This document shows positions 39,786 through 53,920 of a stretch of 64,000 bases of DNA, piece by piece. Each line of letters opens with the position of its first letter. Position 1 is the stretch's first letter. The position numbers and the translations under genes are program-made. Under the pieces are notes generated by a model. The model did no database searches. It was not told the DNA's origin and saw only the letters and a list, made by a program, of their open reading frames with translations. The stretch is from the NCBI GenBank assembly GCA_963845565.1, contig CAWJSJ010000005.1:896001-960000 (forward strand), read 5' to 3'. The DNA is from an uncultured Methylomirabilota bacterium (GTDB lineage: Bacteria > Methylomirabilota > Methylomirabilia > Methylomirabilales > 2-02-FULL-66-22).

Positions 39786-42213
39786 AACACACCGATGCCG
39801 GGTCCACGTCCACGTCCAACCGGACGCCGCGGAAGAGGGGGGAGGCGCGCAGGCGGCGCGCCGCCTCGTGGACGCGGGTGTGAAGTTTTCGCTGATCCTG
39901 TCCGCATACCAGCAGATGCCATCGGTAGCGAGAGCGCAGGCGGTAGAGCGGGGCGGGCGCGGGCCCGCTCACGGAATCGGCGCGCATCCCGACCTCGCGG
40001 AAGAGCCGGGCCAGCTCCGTCGCGGCCGTTTCCGCTGCCTTCTCCTGCGGGCTGCTCAGCATCGCCAGGACGGCGCGGGAAAAGGGCGGCAGGCTCCGCT
40101 CCCGGCGCAAGGGACTCTCGGCCTCCCACATCGTGGCGTACTGCTGCCCTTGCACCGCGCGCAGGATGTAATGGTCCGGGTTGAAGGTCTGGATCAGCGC
40201 CGTGCCCGGCCGTGTGCCGCGCCCGGCTCTGCCCACCACCTGAGTAAAGAGGGCGAAGGCGCGTTCCCCCGCTCGAAAGTCCGGCAGGTGAAGCGCCATG
40301 TCGGCGGAGACGACACCGACCAGCGTGACATTCGGGACGTCGTGGCCCTTGCCGATCATCTGCGTTCCGACGAGGATGTCGATCTCGCCCTGCGTCAAGC
40401 GGTGGAGAATCCGCTCGGCGGCACGCCAGTTTCCGGTCGTGTCTCGATCCATGCGGTCCACCCGCGCCTTGGGGAACCGCTCGCGCACGGCGGCCTCGAG
40501 CTGCTGGGTCCCGAACCCCAGGTACCGCAACCGGGTCCCGTGGCAGTCCGGACACTGCGCCGGCGGCCGCCGTTCGAAGCTGCACGTGTGGCAGCAAAGC
40601 CGACCGCGGGCGGCGTGATAGGTGAGCGAGATGCTACAGCGGGGGCAATCCAGCGTGGCGCCGCACTCCTCACAGAGCAGCAGCGTGGAGAAGCCGCGCC
40701 GGTTGAGAAAGAGCAGCGACTGCTCGCTGCGGGCGAGCCGCTCGGCGATGGCGTCGCAGAGCGGCGGCGAGAGCAGGCGCTCCCCCCCGTCCACCCGGCG
40801 AAGATCCACGATCTCGACCCGGGGAAGCGGTCGGGCCTCGATCCGCTCCGGCAGCCGCACCAGCGCATACCGCCCGGCCTGCGCCCGCTCGAAGCTCTCC
40901 AGGGACGGGGTGGCCGACCCCAGAATCACCGGCGCGTCCAGCGATTTCGCTCGCATGATGGCGACGTCCCGGCCGTGATACCGGGGGGTGTCGTCCTGCT
41001 TGTACGAGGGATCGTGCTCCTCGTCCACGACCAGGATGCCCAGGCGGGGCAGGGGGGCAAAGACGGCGGAGCGCGCGCCCACCACGATGTCCGCCCCGCC
41101 GCCCTTGATGCGGCGCCAGGTATCGAACCGTTCCCCGCCCCGCAGGCCGCTGTGCAGGACCGCCACCCGACTGCCGAACCGCGCCAGGAAGCGTTGCACG
41201 GCGAGCGGCGTCAGCGAGATCTCGGGGACCAGCACCAGCGCCTGCTGTCCATGCGCCAGCGCGGTCTCGATGGCCTGAAGGTACACCTCGGTCTTGCCGG
41301 AGCCGGTCACGCCGTGGAGCAGGATCGGGGCGAAGCGACGGCCGGCGAGCGCCTGCCGGATGACCTGGAGGGCCTCGGACTGGGCGGGCGCGAGCCGCTT
41401 CGGGGCGTCGCGCGGTTCCGTCGTGGCGGCGAGGGGATCCCGTGTCATTTCGACATCCCGGATCCGGACCAGGCCGCCCCGGATCAGTGCGGCGAGGGCG
41501 GCGGGACTTCCCGCGCCGGCCTCTGTCCGCGGCAGGCCGTCCGGCGCCGCGGCCAGGGATCGCAGGATGGCGCGCCGCTTCACGGCGCGCGACGGGAGCG
41601 CAGCGGCGTCGGGATCCACGCCGGGGGCCAAGACGCAATACGCGACGGAAAGCGGCCGGACACGGGGGGGCCGCAGGTCGGCGGTCACCGCCAGCAGACC
41701 TCGCCGGGCAAGGAGATGGACCAGGGCCGGTGCATTGGGCCAGCGTCGCGTCAGCGTGGCGATCGGAACGCTGACGCGCGTGCCCACCAGGGCGAGGAGG
41801 TCGCGCTCGCCCGGTCGCAGGATCCCATTGCCGTCCAGGGCGACCTGCCCCGCACTTGTCAGGCGCACGACGCGTCGAATGAGGGTATCGATGCCGGGCG
41901 GGAGGGCGGTGCGGATCACCTCGCCCCACGGGCACATGTAGTAGTCGGCCACCCAGCGCGTGAGCGCGAGGAGATGTGCATCCAGGAGCGGCTCCGCGTC
42001 CAGGATCTCGCACAGCTCCTTGGTGTCCGCCACCGGGGCATGGTCGCGCGTCTCCACGAGGTACCCGGTGACGGCGCGCCGCCCCAGCGGCGCCAGCACG
42101 CGCTTCCCGGGTGTCGCCAGGTCGCGCCAGGCCTCCGGGACGCGGTAGGTGAGGACCGACGCCACCGAGGCGGGGAATGCGACATCAACGAAAGCGGGCA
42201 GCGTGGAGGTCAT
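39784..42213 (-). CDS. priA: primosomal protein N'
   Basis: GVTGSGKTEVY, DEEHD, Zn-binding CxxC motifs and GRAGRG. Confidence 0.96.
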   Translation of the reverse strand: MTSTLPAFVDVAFPASVASVLTYRVPEAWRDLATPGKRVLAPLGRRAVTGYLVETRDHAPVADTKELCEILDAEPLLDAHLLALTRWVADYYMCPWGEVIRTALPPGIDTLIRRVVRLTSAGQVALDGNGILRPGERDLLALVGTRVSVPIATLTRRWPNAPALVHLLARRGLLAVTADLRPPRVRPLSVAYCVLAPGVDPDAAALPSRAVKRRAILRSLAAAPDGLPRTEAGAGSPAALAALIRGGLVRIRDVEMTRDPLAATTEPRDAPKRLAPAQSEALQVIRQALAGRRFAPILLHGVTGSGKTEVYLQAIETALAHGQQALVLVPEISLTPLAVQRFLARFGSRVAVLHSGLRGGERFDTWRRIKGGGADIVVGARSAVFAPLPRLGILVVDEEHDPSYKQDDTPRYHGRDVAIMRAKSLDAPVILGSATPSLESFERAQAGRYALVRLPERIEARPLPRVEIVDLRRVDGGERLLSPPLCDAIAERLARSEQSLLFLNRRGFSTLLLCEECGATLDCPRCSISLTYHAARGRLCCHTCSFERRPPAQCPDCHGTRLRYLGFGTQQLEAAVRERFPKARVDRMDRDTTGNWRAAERILHRLTQGEIDILVGTQMIGKGHDVPNVTLVGVVSADMALHLPDFRAGERAFALFTQVVGRAGRGTRPGTALIQTFNPDHYILRAVQGQQYATMWEAESPLRRERSLPPFSRAVLAMLSSPQEKAAETAATELARLFREVGMRADSVSGPAPAPLYRLRSRYRWHLLVCGQDQRKLHTRVHEAARRLRASPLFRGVRLDVDVDPASVC

Positions 42214-42244
42214 GGGCGCGTGCGGTCTGTGGGAGGCAATCGGT

Positions 42245-42928
42245 TCAGGCCTGCAGATGGCGCAGGAGGAGCTTCATGTCCTCCCAGACCGTCTTCTTTT
42301 CGCTGGGATTCCGCAGCAGGAACGCCGGATGGAACGTGGGCAAGAGCGGAATCCCGTGGAAGTCGTGAAATCGGCCACGCAGACGCGAGATGGTCTCCTT
42401 GGTCTGGAGGAGCGTCTGCGTGGCGGGTCCGCCCAGGGCGCAGATGAACTTGGGCCCGATGGCCTGGAGCTGCTGCAGCAGGAACGGCTGGCAGGCCACG
42501 ATCTCGTCCGCCTCGGGTGTGCGATTGCTGGGGGGCCGACATTTGATGATATTGCAGATGTATACGTCCTCCCGGCGGAGGCCCATCGCCTCGATGATCT
42601 TGGTGAGGAGTTGCCCGGCGCGGCCCACGAAGGGCTCGCCCTGGGCGTCCTCATCGGCGCCCGGCGCCTCGCCCACGAAGACCAGCCGGGCCGCGGGGTT
42701 TCCGACTCCGAAGACGATCTGGGTGCGCCCGGCGTGCAGCTTGCAGCGGGTGCACTCGCCCAGTTCTTCTCGGACCTGCTCCAGGGTCGGGCGGACCACC
42801 GGCGTCGGGGCCGCCGGCTCCGGCCAGCGGAGGTCGGTGTGCTCCACGCCGAGCTCCTGTTGCAGGGCGAGATGGCCGCGCACCTGTCCGACGATTTCGC
42901 ACAGTTCTTGCCGGGGATCCTTGTCCAT
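42245..42928 (-). CDS. uracil-DNA glycosylase family 4
   Basis: [20 protein letters not shown] and HPAFLLR. Confidence 0.92.
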   Translation of the reverse strand: MDKDPRQELCEIVGQVRGHLALQQELGVEHTDLRWPEPAAPTPVVRPTLEQVREELGECTRCKLHAGRTQIVFGVGNPAARLVFVGEAPGADEDAQGEPFVGRAGQLLTKIIEAMGLRREDVYICNIIKCRPPSNRTPEADEIVACQPFLLQQLQAIGPKFICALGGPATQTLLQTKETISRLRGRFHDFHGIPLLPTFHPAFLLRNPSEKKTVWEDMKLLLRHLQA

Positions 42929-42944
42929 GCGTGCTCCGTATCTG

Positions 42945-43125
42945 TTAGCAGGGTACTGAAAAACCCGTTTCGCTCAGGCGGCTCAAAAAGGTCCAGATGC
43001 AAGGCGGAGTACGCATCCGTGTGGAAGGGTACCCGGCGAGGCGCGAGGCGTACTTACAGGTACGTCGCAGCGAGCGCGCGAGCGCGCCAACGACGGCAGA
43101 TGGGCCTTTTTCAGCAGCCCGCTAG
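42945..43125 (+). mobile_element. repeat family A copy 4
   Basis: TTAGCAGGGTACTGAAAAAC...TTTTTCAGCAGCCCGCTAG. Confidence 0.8.
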
Positions 43126-44318
43126 GTCTTCAAAAGGCTCACGATCCGATCGAGGATCCGATCGGCGACCTCGCGCTTCGGGAGAAGCGGCAACTCCTCG
43201 ACGCCGCCGGCCGCGTCCAGGATCTTCACCAGATTCGTGTCCACGTCAAAGCCCGCTCCCGGCTGCCGGACGTCGTTGGCAACCATCAGGTCCAGATTCT
43301 TCCGCTGGAGTTTTTTCCGGGCGTTGGCCACCAGGTCGTCGGTCTCGGCCGCGAAGCCGACGAGGATGCGGTTTCCCTTGCGCGTGCCGATCTCGGCCAG
43401 GATGTCCGGCGTCGGCTCCAGCAGGATCTCGGGGATGGCCTGGTCCTTCTTCAGTTTCCGATCTGCCGTGTGCTTCGGCCGGTAATCCGCGACCGCGGCG
43501 GCCTTGATCACCACCTGAGCCACCTCCAGCTTGGCCAGGACGGCGTCATGCATCTCCTGCGCCGTCTCCACCTGGATGACATCCGCGCCGGGGGGCGCCG
43601 GCAAGGCGGTCGGGCCACTCACCAGGACCACGCGGGCGCCGCGCAGGGCGGCGGCCTCGGCGATGGCGTACCCCATCTTTCCGGAGGAGCGATTCGACAG
43701 GAAGCGCACGGGGTCCAAGGGCTCACGGGTGGGTCCGGCGGTCACCAAGATCACCCGTCCCGCGAGATCCTGCCGGAGGGTCACGATCCGCTCGACCGCA
43801 GCCAGGATCTCGGACAGCTCCGCGAGGCGGCCGCGTCCCACCAGTCCCGACGCCAGGGGACCCAGGTCCGGCTCGATGAGGTGCACGCCGCGTTCCCGGA
43901 GGCGTTTCAGGTTCTCCTGCAGCGCGGGATGTTCGAACATGTCGCAGTCCATGGCGGGAGCGACCAGGACCGGGCAACGGCTGGCCAGATAGATGCAGCT
44001 CAGGAAGTCGTCGGCCAGGCCGAGGGCGAGCCGCGCGATGGTGCGGGCGGTGGCGGGCGCCACGACGAGGACGTCCGCACGCTGCGTGGCCTCGATGTGC
44101 CCGATGCGGTGGCTGTAGGCGAGTGACCACATGTCGAGGAGCACCGGCTGCCGCGTCAGGGTCTCGAAGGTGAGAGGTGCGACGAACTTCGTCGCGGCCT
44201 CGGTCATGACCACCTGCACCTCCGCCCCGCGCTTGGTGAACAGGCGAAGCAACTCCACCGCCTTGTACGCCGCGATGCTGCCGGTGACACCGAGGAGGAT
44301 GCGTTTGCCGGTTAGCAT
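43122..44318 (-). CDS. coaBC: bifunctional phosphopantothenoylcysteine decarboxylase/synthetase
   Basis: GVTGSIAAYK, TAGPTRE, NRSSGKMG and GFAAET. Confidence 0.96.
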   Translation of the reverse strand: MLTGKRILLGVTGSIAAYKAVELLRLFTKRGAEVQVVMTEAATKFVAPLTFETLTRQPVLLDMWSLAYSHRIGHIEATQRADVLVVAPATARTIARLALGLADDFLSCIYLASRCPVLVAPAMDCDMFEHPALQENLKRLRERGVHLIEPDLGPLASGLVGRGRLAELSEILAAVERIVTLRQDLAGRVILVTAGPTREPLDPVRFLSNRSSGKMGYAIAEAAALRGARVVLVSGPTALPAPPGADVIQVETAQEMHDAVLAKLEVAQVVIKAAAVADYRPKHTADRKLKKDQAIPEILLEPTPDILAEIGTRKGNRILVGFAAETDDLVANARKKLQRKNLDLMVANDVRQPGAGFDVDTNLVKILDAAGGVEELPLLPKREVADRILDRIVSLLKT

Positions 44319-44322
44319 CGTG

Positions 44323-44691
44323 TCACCCCGTCTTTCCCCAAACGCCTTGCGGCCGAGCGACCATCGGCCATAGGCCGTCGGCTAACACGACCGGTTTTTT
44401 CGCCAGGTCCTTCCGGGGGTTTGTTGGCCGTGCGCGACTGACGAGCGGGTACCGCTCCGGGTGCTCTAGAGATTCCACCGCCACGTCCGCATCGAGATCG
44501 GGCCAGTAGAGATGGTGGGGGCTCGGGAGCTCCACCTTCGTGATCTGGTCAATGGATGCTTCGCGAAACCATGGAAACTCCTTGAACGAGACGAACACCT
44601 CTCGCTCTCCAAGCAGTAGCCAAAAGCCGTGAGGCGAAATGTTGGCGACCTCAACGGCCGAAGTGCGCTTTCCAGGCGGCGTAGATCTCAT
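44323..44691 (-). CDS. DUF2442 domain protein (putative antitoxin)
   Basis: EFPWF...LYWPDLDADV motif; overlaps the upstream DUF4160 gene. Confidence 0.78.
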   Translation of the reverse strand: MRSTPPGKRTSAVEVANISPHGFWLLLGEREVFVSFKEFPWFREASIDQITKVELPSPHHLYWPDLDADVAVESLEHPERYPLVSRARPTNPRKDLAKKPVVLADGLWPMVARPQGVWGKTG

Positions 44692-44890
44692 CTTCGTGCT
44701 CCCGAATAAGCCGGAGGGCGGTCGCGAGCCGACGCGGGGTCAAACCATAATTCTGTGCCAGCTCAATCACCGGGGCAAGCCAGGACTTCGCCTCGCCAGC
44801 CGCGTGCTGAACGTGGACATGCGGCCGTCGTTCTTCCCGTGAGAAGAAAAAGAACCGATAACCGCGGGCTCGAAGAACCGTCGGGCTCAT
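44651..44890 (-). CDS. DUF4160 domain protein (putative toxin)
   Basis: GYRFFFFSREE..PHVHV...EAK.WL...AWKAHFG. Confidence 0.82.
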   Translation of the reverse strand: MSPTVLRARGYRFFFFSREERRPHVHVQHAAGEAKSWLAPVIELAQNYGLTPRRLATALRLIREHEDEIYAAWKAHFGR

Positions 44891-45047
44891 GGTATCAGCA
44901 TGACGGACATCCCCGTCGATCGGTCGGACCTGACGTCGTAGTCGCCGGGTTCTCCATTAGAGATGGAGACGTACTGGCATACGTTCTCCTGTTGCCCCGC
45001 AGTCAGCGCATGAGAAATCATAGCGCGCATTGAGGGACTTGACCTTC

Positions 45048-45938
45048 TCACAAAAAAATTCCCACGGCCTGCTTCGGCTGCACGCCGACCACATCCGCCA
45101 CCGGCTGGCATTTGATAGTGAACAGGCAGAAGATCTCTGCGGCCAGCGCGGCGTGATGTTCGGAGAAGACGTAGTAGTTCGCCTGCCCTTTGGCGACGAT
45201 GAGACGGGCGTCCTGCATGGCGGCCCGCAGCTCAGGCGAGGCCTCTTCCCAGGAGATGCCCAGCGTGTCCGGGCCTGCCTGGATCAGCCGATCCACGGCG
45301 CGGTCTAGACCGACCGTGCGGCCGTCCTCCAGGGTGGCGTCGGAGGTGATCGGTCCGCCCCGCAGCGCCGAGGTCACGTGGCAACCGTAACGGCGAATCT
45401 CCTGGATGAAGAGCCGGTCCAGGGCAATCTCGCCGACGTTGTCGTGGATGTAGAGGACGGGCGTCCCGACCAGAACCCGCTGGTACAGGCGGTCCACCTG
45501 GTCTTGCGCCATCCCGCGCTCCACGTATGACCGCAAGTGCTGGAGCATCTGCGCCGGTTCGAAGCTGTACCCGATGCCCACCGTGCGCGAGTCGAGACTG
45601 TTGCCCGCCAGAGCCCAGAGAGCCAGGAAGCGGAAGCGGGCCAGTCCGTCCAGCGTCTCAGCCTCCGTCTGGACGGTCTCGGCGAGTTGCATGGCCACCT
45701 GGTTGAGCTGGTTCCGACTCTCGGCAAAGGGCATGGCGACGCCCGTGTCGCGCTTCAAGATCCGGTGCACCTCGGTGATGTAGTAGGACGGCACCCGCTG
45801 GTGGCCGAAGCTGTCCGCCAGGAAGGCCAGGCAATCCTTGGCCACCGCGAGTTGAACGGCCGGATCCGCCGTGACCTGCTGCACCGCGGCGTATACATCC
45901 CCCAGCACACAGGTGAGGCAGGTCGGGACCGTTCTCAT
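45048..45938 (-). CDS. ARMT1-like/DUF89 damage-control phosphatase
   Basis: CLTC, AGNSLD, DNVGEI..D and AKGQANY. Confidence 0.82.
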   Translation of the reverse strand: MRTVPTCLTCVLGDVYAAVQQVTADPAVQLAVAKDCLAFLADSFGHQRVPSYYITEVHRILKRDTGVAMPFAESRNQLNQVAMQLAETVQTEAETLDGLARFRFLALWALAGNSLDSRTVGIGYSFEPAQMLQHLRSYVERGMAQDQVDRLYQRVLVGTPVLYIHDNVGEIALDRLFIQEIRRYGCHVTSALRGGPITSDATLEDGRTVGLDRAVDRLIQAGPDTLGISWEEASPELRAAMQDARLIVAKGQANYYVFSEHHAALAAEIFCLFTIKCQPVADVVGVQPKQAVGIFL

Positions 45939-46753
45939 CGTCGGGCCTCCGGGGGCATGAAACCCTCGGGGAAATGATCCAGGGGACGCCGCCCGTGTCC
46001 GACGGCCGGGGCCGCCTGGATGGCGAGGGCGATGTAGGCCTGGGCTGCCGCCACGGCTTCCTGCACCTCGAGGCCCCGGGCCAGGCCGGCGGCGATGGCG
46101 GAGGACAGCGTGCAGCCTGTGCCGTGGAACTCGCCCGGTATGCGAGCGCCCTCCCGTCGGATGAATTCCCGGCCGTCGAAGAGCAGGTCCACCACTCGGT
46201 CGCCGGGCAGGTGGCCGCCCTTGATCAGGACATAGCGCGGCCCCATCGCGTGGATGGCCCGAGCCGCCTCCTGCATCTCCTCGAGCGTCCGGATCTTCCG
46301 CTCGCACAGGAAGGTGGCCTCATCGAGGTTCGGCGTCACGACGGTCGCCAGGGGAAACAGGTGCTCGCGCATGACCGGCGCGGCCTCGTGCTGCATCAGG
46401 GCATCGCCGCTGGCGGCGATCATGACGGGGTCCACCACGAGGTTGGTGAGCCGAAAGTCGCGCACGGCGCCGGCCACGGTGCGGATGATGTCCCCGGTGG
46501 CCAGCATCCCCGTCTTCACCGCGTCCGCGCCGATGTCCTCCAGGACCGCGCGGAGCTGGGCCGCGATGAAGTCGGTGGCGGGCAACTCCACACCATGGAC
46601 GCCGCGCGTGTTCTGTGCCGTGAGGCCCGTGACGACGGACAGGCCGAACACCCGAAAGGCGCAGAACGTCTTCAGGTCGGCCTGGATCCCGGCGCCCCCG
46701 CCGGAATCCGAGCCGGCAATGGTCAGCGCCTTCGGCATGGGCTTCTCAGTCAT
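45935..46753 (-). CDS. thiD: hydroxymethylpyrimidine/phosphomethylpyrimidine kinase
   Basis: IAGSDSGGGAGIQADLK, KTGML and HGTGCTLS. Confidence 0.95.
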   Translation of the reverse strand: MTEKPMPKALTIAGSDSGGGAGIQADLKTFCAFRVFGLSVVTGLTAQNTRGVHGVELPATDFIAAQLRAVLEDIGADAVKTGMLATGDIIRTVAGAVRDFRLTNLVVDPVMIAASGDALMQHEAAPVMREHLFPLATVVTPNLDEATFLCERKIRTLEEMQEAARAIHAMGPRYVLIKGGHLPGDRVVDLLFDGREFIRREGARIPGEFHGTGCTLSSAIAAGLARGLEVQEAVAAAQAYIALAIQAAPAVGHGRRPLDHFPEGFMPPEARR

Positions 46754-46804
46754 CCTGTCTCTCCTCCGTGGCCGCGCGGGCGGGCGGGGAAGGCCTGCGC
46801 GGTC

Positions 46805-49045
46805 CTATCGCCCCGCCGCCCGCTTCTTCTCGGCTTTCGGCTCTCGACTCTCGGTTGGCTGCGTCCCGTACAGCGATCGGTACCGCTCGTAGCTCCCCAG
46901 GACCCGCTTCACGTACCCGCGCGTTTCGCTGTAAGGGATATCCTCTACGAACTCCGCCTCGTCCGCGACACCGAAACGCTGGACCCAGCGCTGCACCGGC
47001 TGCTTCCCCGCATTGTACGACGCCAGGGTCAGGCTGAGGTTTCCGCCGAACTCCCGGTACAGATCGGCCAGATGATTCACGCCGATTCGGATGTTGACCT
47101 CCGGCGTCTCCAGGGCGGCCGGTGCGGCGGGCGGCAGCTTGTTCTCGCGCGCCGTCAGGTCGGCGGTCTGTGGCATGAGCTGCATCAGCCCCCGCGCGCC
47201 GGTCCGGGAGATGGCGCGAGGGGCAAAGGCGCTCTCTTCCCGGATCAACCCGAGCACCAAATAGGGGTCGAGGCCGCGTTGTGCCGCGTACGCGCGGACC
47301 AGATCGAGATAGCCCGGCGGGTAGACGCATTGCCAGAATCCGGGGATCGGAGTCTTGCCGCTCTCTTGGGCGAACAGGGGCCGCAGGACGCGCCCGCCGA
47401 CCCAGACGGCCTTGTCGTAGCGTCCGAGGTCGAGGAAGACGTCGCAGGCCTCGGCCAGCCCGGCGCGCTCCTCGGGCCGGCCCCGCACCTGCTCGCTCCA
47501 CTCCTCGACCGCCTCGTCGGCGAGGCCGAGGCCCTGCAGCGCCCGCGCCTTCTGGGCGTGGAGCCCGCTCGCCGCGCTCGGCCGCACGGGTCGCGACGCC
47601 GCCGGAGCGGGTGTGGGGGCAGCCTTCACTTTCAGGAACGTCAACCGCTCGCCCGCCCGGAGGCGGTAGTATGGCTGGTCCGGGGCCGTGTCCAGCAACG
47701 TGCGATATGCCTGGGTGGCCTCGGCGGTCCGCTTCAACGCCTCGAAGGCGCGACCCCGCCAGTAGAGCGCGGGAACGCGCCAGCGCGATCCGGGTTCCTC
47801 GGCCAGGAGTCGCCCCCAGAAGGCCACGGCCGCCGGGAATTCGCGCTGCTTGTAGGCGAGCCACCCCTGCAGCCAGAGGGCCACGTCCGTCCAGGTACCC
47901 TTGGGGTATTCCTGGAGCAGGCGGGTCAGGTAGGTGCGGCTCCGGGCCAGGTCCGCGTCGTCCGCGGCCACCTGCGCGAGGAGGTAGAGTGCCTCTTCGC
48001 TGCGGCGCGTCGGCGGGGTCGCATCCGCCACCAGGGTCAGGTACTCGGCAAACCGCGCCGCGTCGCCGGCGCGGCCGGCGCTGCGCCCCAGCCAGAATAG
48101 CGCCTCGGACCGCTGAGACTCGGCCGCGCCCTTGAGCGGTTCCAGCCACTGGGCGGCCTGAGCATACTGGCGCAGGTTGAAGGCGCTGATGCCGAGCATC
48201 AGGCGCGCCTGCCCCTCTCGGGGAGAGCCCGCGGCGGCAAAGGGCGCGAGTTCTTGAAGGGCCTGGGCATGCCGGCCGAGTTGGTACAGGGTGGTGGCTC
48301 GCTGAAACTGCTCGTCGGGTGTGAAAGGCCGGGGCGCGGGCAGGCTTGAGAGGAGGTCCTTGGCTCGCTGGCTCTGCGGCGTTCCCGGAAGCTCGATCCA
48401 GATCCGACGTAACGCGTCCTCTGCCTGGTCCGGGCGGCCGGACCGGAGGAAGATCTCGCCCAGTGTCAGGCGCACCTCGGCCCGTCCTGCCCCGTTGGAG
48501 AAGGCCGCGAGATACTTCGTGGCGGCTTCTTCGGCGTGTATTGTGTCCCCGGCCTCCAGGTATTCTCGGGCCAGCTCGCGGCTGGCCTGTTCGAGAAAAA
48601 GGCTGTGGGGGTGGTAGCCCACGAGTCGCCGAAGGGCGTCGGCGGCCAATTCGCGGCGTCCCAGTTGGCGTTGGGTCTCAGCCAGACGAAACAGGGCGTA
48701 GTCGGCCAGCAGCGGATACGATGCGGCCGCCCCCTCCAGACGGCCTACGGCCTCCTCGTGGCGCCCTTGGCGCGCGAGGAGTACCCCCAGGAGGAGATCG
48801 ATCTGCGGCTGGAGGCCGGCGGCCACGGGGGTTCCGTCCAATGCGAGTAACGCGATGATTGCACCGGCAGGATTTCCCGCCTCGGCCTGCTTGACTGCCG
48901 CCTGGAACGGCGCGTCGGCGGAAAGCGCGGTCACTTCCCCGGCGTCCGCCGATCCTCCAAAGAGGATCGCCAGGACAACCAGGATGATCTGCCTACGCAT
49001 TCCCACCCCCGTTCCGGGATGCCAGGCCGTCCATCGGGCAGTCAT
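46805..49045 (-). CDS. soluble lytic murein transglycosylase with TPR repeats (Slt70-like); alternative start at 49000
   Basis: Signal peptide, TPR repeats, IREESAF, GLMQLMP, SYNAG and ETRGYV. Confidence 0.9.
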   Translation of the reverse strand: MTARWTAWHPGTGVGMRRQIILVVLAILFGGSADAGEVTALSADAPFQAAVKQAEAGNPAGAIIALLALDGTPVAAGLQPQIDLLLGVLLARQGRHEEAVGRLEGAAASYPLLADYALFRLAETQRQLGRRELAADALRRLVGYHPHSLFLEQASRELAREYLEAGDTIHAEEAATKYLAAFSNGAGRAEVRLTLGEIFLRSGRPDQAEDALRRIWIELPGTPQSQRAKDLLSSLPAPRPFTPDEQFQRATTLYQLGRHAQALQELAPFAAAGSPREGQARLMLGISAFNLRQYAQAAQWLEPLKGAAESQRSEALFWLGRSAGRAGDAARFAEYLTLVADATPPTRRSEEALYLLAQVAADDADLARSRTYLTRLLQEYPKGTWTDVALWLQGWLAYKQREFPAAVAFWGRLLAEEPGSRWRVPALYWRGRAFEALKRTAEATQAYRTLLDTAPDQPYYRLRAGERLTFLKVKAAPTPAPAASRPVRPSAASGLHAQKARALQGLGLADEAVEEWSEQVRGRPEERAGLAEACDVFLDLGRYDKAVWVGGRVLRPLFAQESGKTPIPGFWQCVYPPGYLDLVRAYAAQRGLDPYLVLGLIREESAFAPRAISRTGARGLMQLMPQTADLTARENKLPPAAPAALETPEVNIRIGVNHLADLYREFGGNLSLTLASYNAGKQPVQRWVQRFGVADEAEFVEDIPYSETRGYVKRVLGSYERYRSLYGTQPTESREPKAEKKRAAGR

Positions 49046-50094
49046 GCTTCGCCCGCCAGGCGCGGGAGGCTTGTCTCGTACGGGGCGCGGGCGATTCCGC
49101 GTTCGGTGATGATCCCGTCGATGTAACCGGCCGGCGTGATGTCGAAGGCGGGGTTGGCCGCCCGCATGCCGTGCGGTGCCAGCCGGCGGCCGCCGATCTC
49201 GGTGACCTCCTCCGGTGCGCGCTCCTCGATCGGGATCTCCGACCCGCCGTTCAGGCTGAGGTCCAGCGTCGAGACGGGAGCGGCCACGTAGAACGGGATG
49301 CCGTGGGCCCGGGCCAGGACGGCGACGCCATAGGTACCGATCTTGTTGGCGGTGTCCCCGTTCCTGGCAATCCGGTCCGCCCCCACGACGACGAAATCCA
49401 CCTCGCCCCGCTGCATGAAATGACCCGCCATGTTGTCGGTGATGAGGGTGGCGGGGATGCCCGCCCGGGTCAGTTCCCAGGCGGTCAATCGCGCCCCCTG
49501 TAAGAGGGGTCGGGTCTCGTCCACCCACACCTTGACGCGCTTTCCCGCCTCCACGGCCGCCCGGATGACGCCGATGGCCGTCCCGTACCCGGCAGTGGCC
49601 AGGCCCCCGGCGTTGCAGTGGGTGAGGATCCGGGCCGGATCCGGGACCAGCATCTGGCCATGTGCGCCGATGGCGCGGTTGGTGCGGATGTCCTCCTCAC
49701 GCATGGCCGTCGCCTCGGCCATCAGGCGCGCCGCGATCTCGGCCGTCGGCAACTCGCGGTGCGCCTGCGCCACGCCGACCATGCGCCGGACGGCCCAGGC
49801 GAGATTCACCGCCGTCGGGCGCGTCCGCGTGAGCTGGGCGGCCATCGCTTCCAGTGCGGCGTAGAAGACCGGAAACGCTGACGCCTGGAAGGCGCGAGCG
49901 CCCATGGCGAGCCCCATGGCCGCCGCGACACCGATGGCCGGCGCCCCCCGCACCTGCATGGTGCGAATCGCGTGAGCCACCGCCTCCACGGTTCCGCATT
50001 CCACATAGACCTCTTCCGCCGGGAGCCGCGTCTGGTCGATCAGGCGAAGCGTTCCGTGCTGGGTCCAACTCAGGGTGACGAAATCGTCGGGCAT
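49042..50094 (-). CDS. mtnA: S-methyl-5-thioribose-1-phosphate isomerase
   Basis: [26 protein letters not shown] and ANKIGTY. Confidence 0.95.
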   Translation of the reverse strand: MPDDFVTLSWTQHGTLRLIDQTRLPAEEVYVECGTVEAVAHAIRTMQVRGAPAIGVAAAMGLAMGARAFQASAFPVFYAALEAMAAQLTRTRPTAVNLAWAVRRMVGVAQAHRELPTAEIAARLMAEATAMREEDIRTNRAIGAHGQMLVPDPARILTHCNAGGLATAGYGTAIGVIRAAVEAGKRVKVWVDETRPLLQGARLTAWELTRAGIPATLITDNMAGHFMQRGEVDFVVVGADRIARNGDTANKIGTYGVAVLARAHGIPFYVAAPVSTLDLSLNGGSEIPIEERAPEEVTEIGGRRLAPHGMRAANPAFDITPAGYIDGIITERGIARAPYETSLPRLAGEA

Positions 50095-50299
50095 TCTCCC
50101 ATCCTTTGCGGGCACCGCGTGAAAAATGAGCGTAGCATGTTCACCCCATGATGCAAAACGAAAACTCGACGCGATGGCGCCGCCGGCCGCGCGGTTTGCC
50201 AGTGCCGCGTTGGTATTGCGGAGGACTTGTGGTACGGTATCTCTGCCGCATCCGTATGGTGCGTTTTCGAGGACACCCTGCTGTGAAGGAGAAACGATC

Positions 50300-50656
50300 A
50301 TGCCGTTCCAGACCAAGTACATCTTCAGCGCCGCCATGGACGTTGAGCCGAACAAGGACGCACTGTTCAACGAGGTCTACGACCGGGAGCACGTGCCGCT
50401 GCTCCTGACGGTGCCCGGCGTCATCGCGGTAGCCCGCTTCAAGAAGCGAGAGGTGACGCTGGTCGTCGGCGGGGAGCGCAAGACCATCGTCGTCGAGAGC
50501 GAGCCGACCTATAACGCCCTCTACGAGATCGAGAGCCCCGAGGTGCTGGTGAGCGACGCCTGGGCGAAGGCGGTGGATCAGGGGCGCTGGCCGGGACAGG
50601 TGCGCCCCTACACCAAGAACCGCCGGCACGTCCTCTACGAGAGGCTGGTTCCGTAG
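50300..50656 (+). CDS. hypothetical protein, EthD/DUF4286-like dimeric alpha-beta barrel
   Basis: [16 protein letters not shown] and [19 protein letters not shown]. Confidence 0.7.
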   Translation: MPFQTKYIFSAAMDVEPNKDALFNEVYDREHVPLLLTVPGVIAVARFKKREVTLVVGGERKTIVVESEPTYNALYEIESPEVLVSDAWAKAVDQGRWPGQVRPYTKNRRHVLYERLVP

Positions 50657-51132
50657 CGGACGGACGGCGGAAGATTCCCCTCATGGAGGCGCGAGCGTCT
50701 GCCGATTACTTGAATAGAGGACGGCGACTCCTCCGGGAGAGGAGGCCCGAGTCGCCCGGAACCCTGGGGCGGGTGACGGGCCCGGGGACGGCGATCCCCA
50801 GCCGATGTCCCTCGCTGGCCGAAGAAAGGAGGAGCGGATAGCGACGCCTCCCGACGAATGGCCGACAATTGAATATGGAAACGAGACATCGCAGGGCCAT
50901 TGGCGCCTGCGACTTCTACCCCCCAAGAGGGGATAGCCGCCCGTCGGGCCGCCGGCCCGGACGGGCGTTGCTGTTCCTGCACCTTCGTTCGCGGCTTCCC
51001 GCTCCGGATGGCGATCGGGTGGCGCTGTGGAATGACCAAGCCCCCACCGTCCCGCCGGCGAGTGGGAGGGTGGGGGCTTGAGAATCGGTGTGCCGGGTGC
51101 GGAGGGGAAACGGATCCGGCGCCGCGAACGGT

Positions 51133-51233
51133 TAGGAGCCGTTACGAAATAACCTATACATCTCTTTCTATTTCGTTACGGCTCCTTATGCCGTTTCGGA
51201 ATGTCTCCGCGCAACGAATTCTTTGACGACGGC

Positions 51234-51236
<3 letters not shown>
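51133..51236 (+). mobile_element. repeat family B (MITE-like) copy 1
   Basis: TAGGAGCCGTTACGAAATA...TATTTCGTTACGGCTCCTTATGCCGTTTC...TTGACGACGGCTTA; homologous to 54116..54221. Confidence 0.75.
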
Positions 51237-53912
<2,676 letters not shown>

Positions 53913-53920
53913 GTGAGTGC

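Noticed and set aside
39868..42447. 859-aa plus-strand ORF
   Set aside because: Antisense shadow of priA.
45974..48100. 708-aa plus-strand ORF
   Set aside because: Antisense shadow of thiD and the transglycosylase gene.
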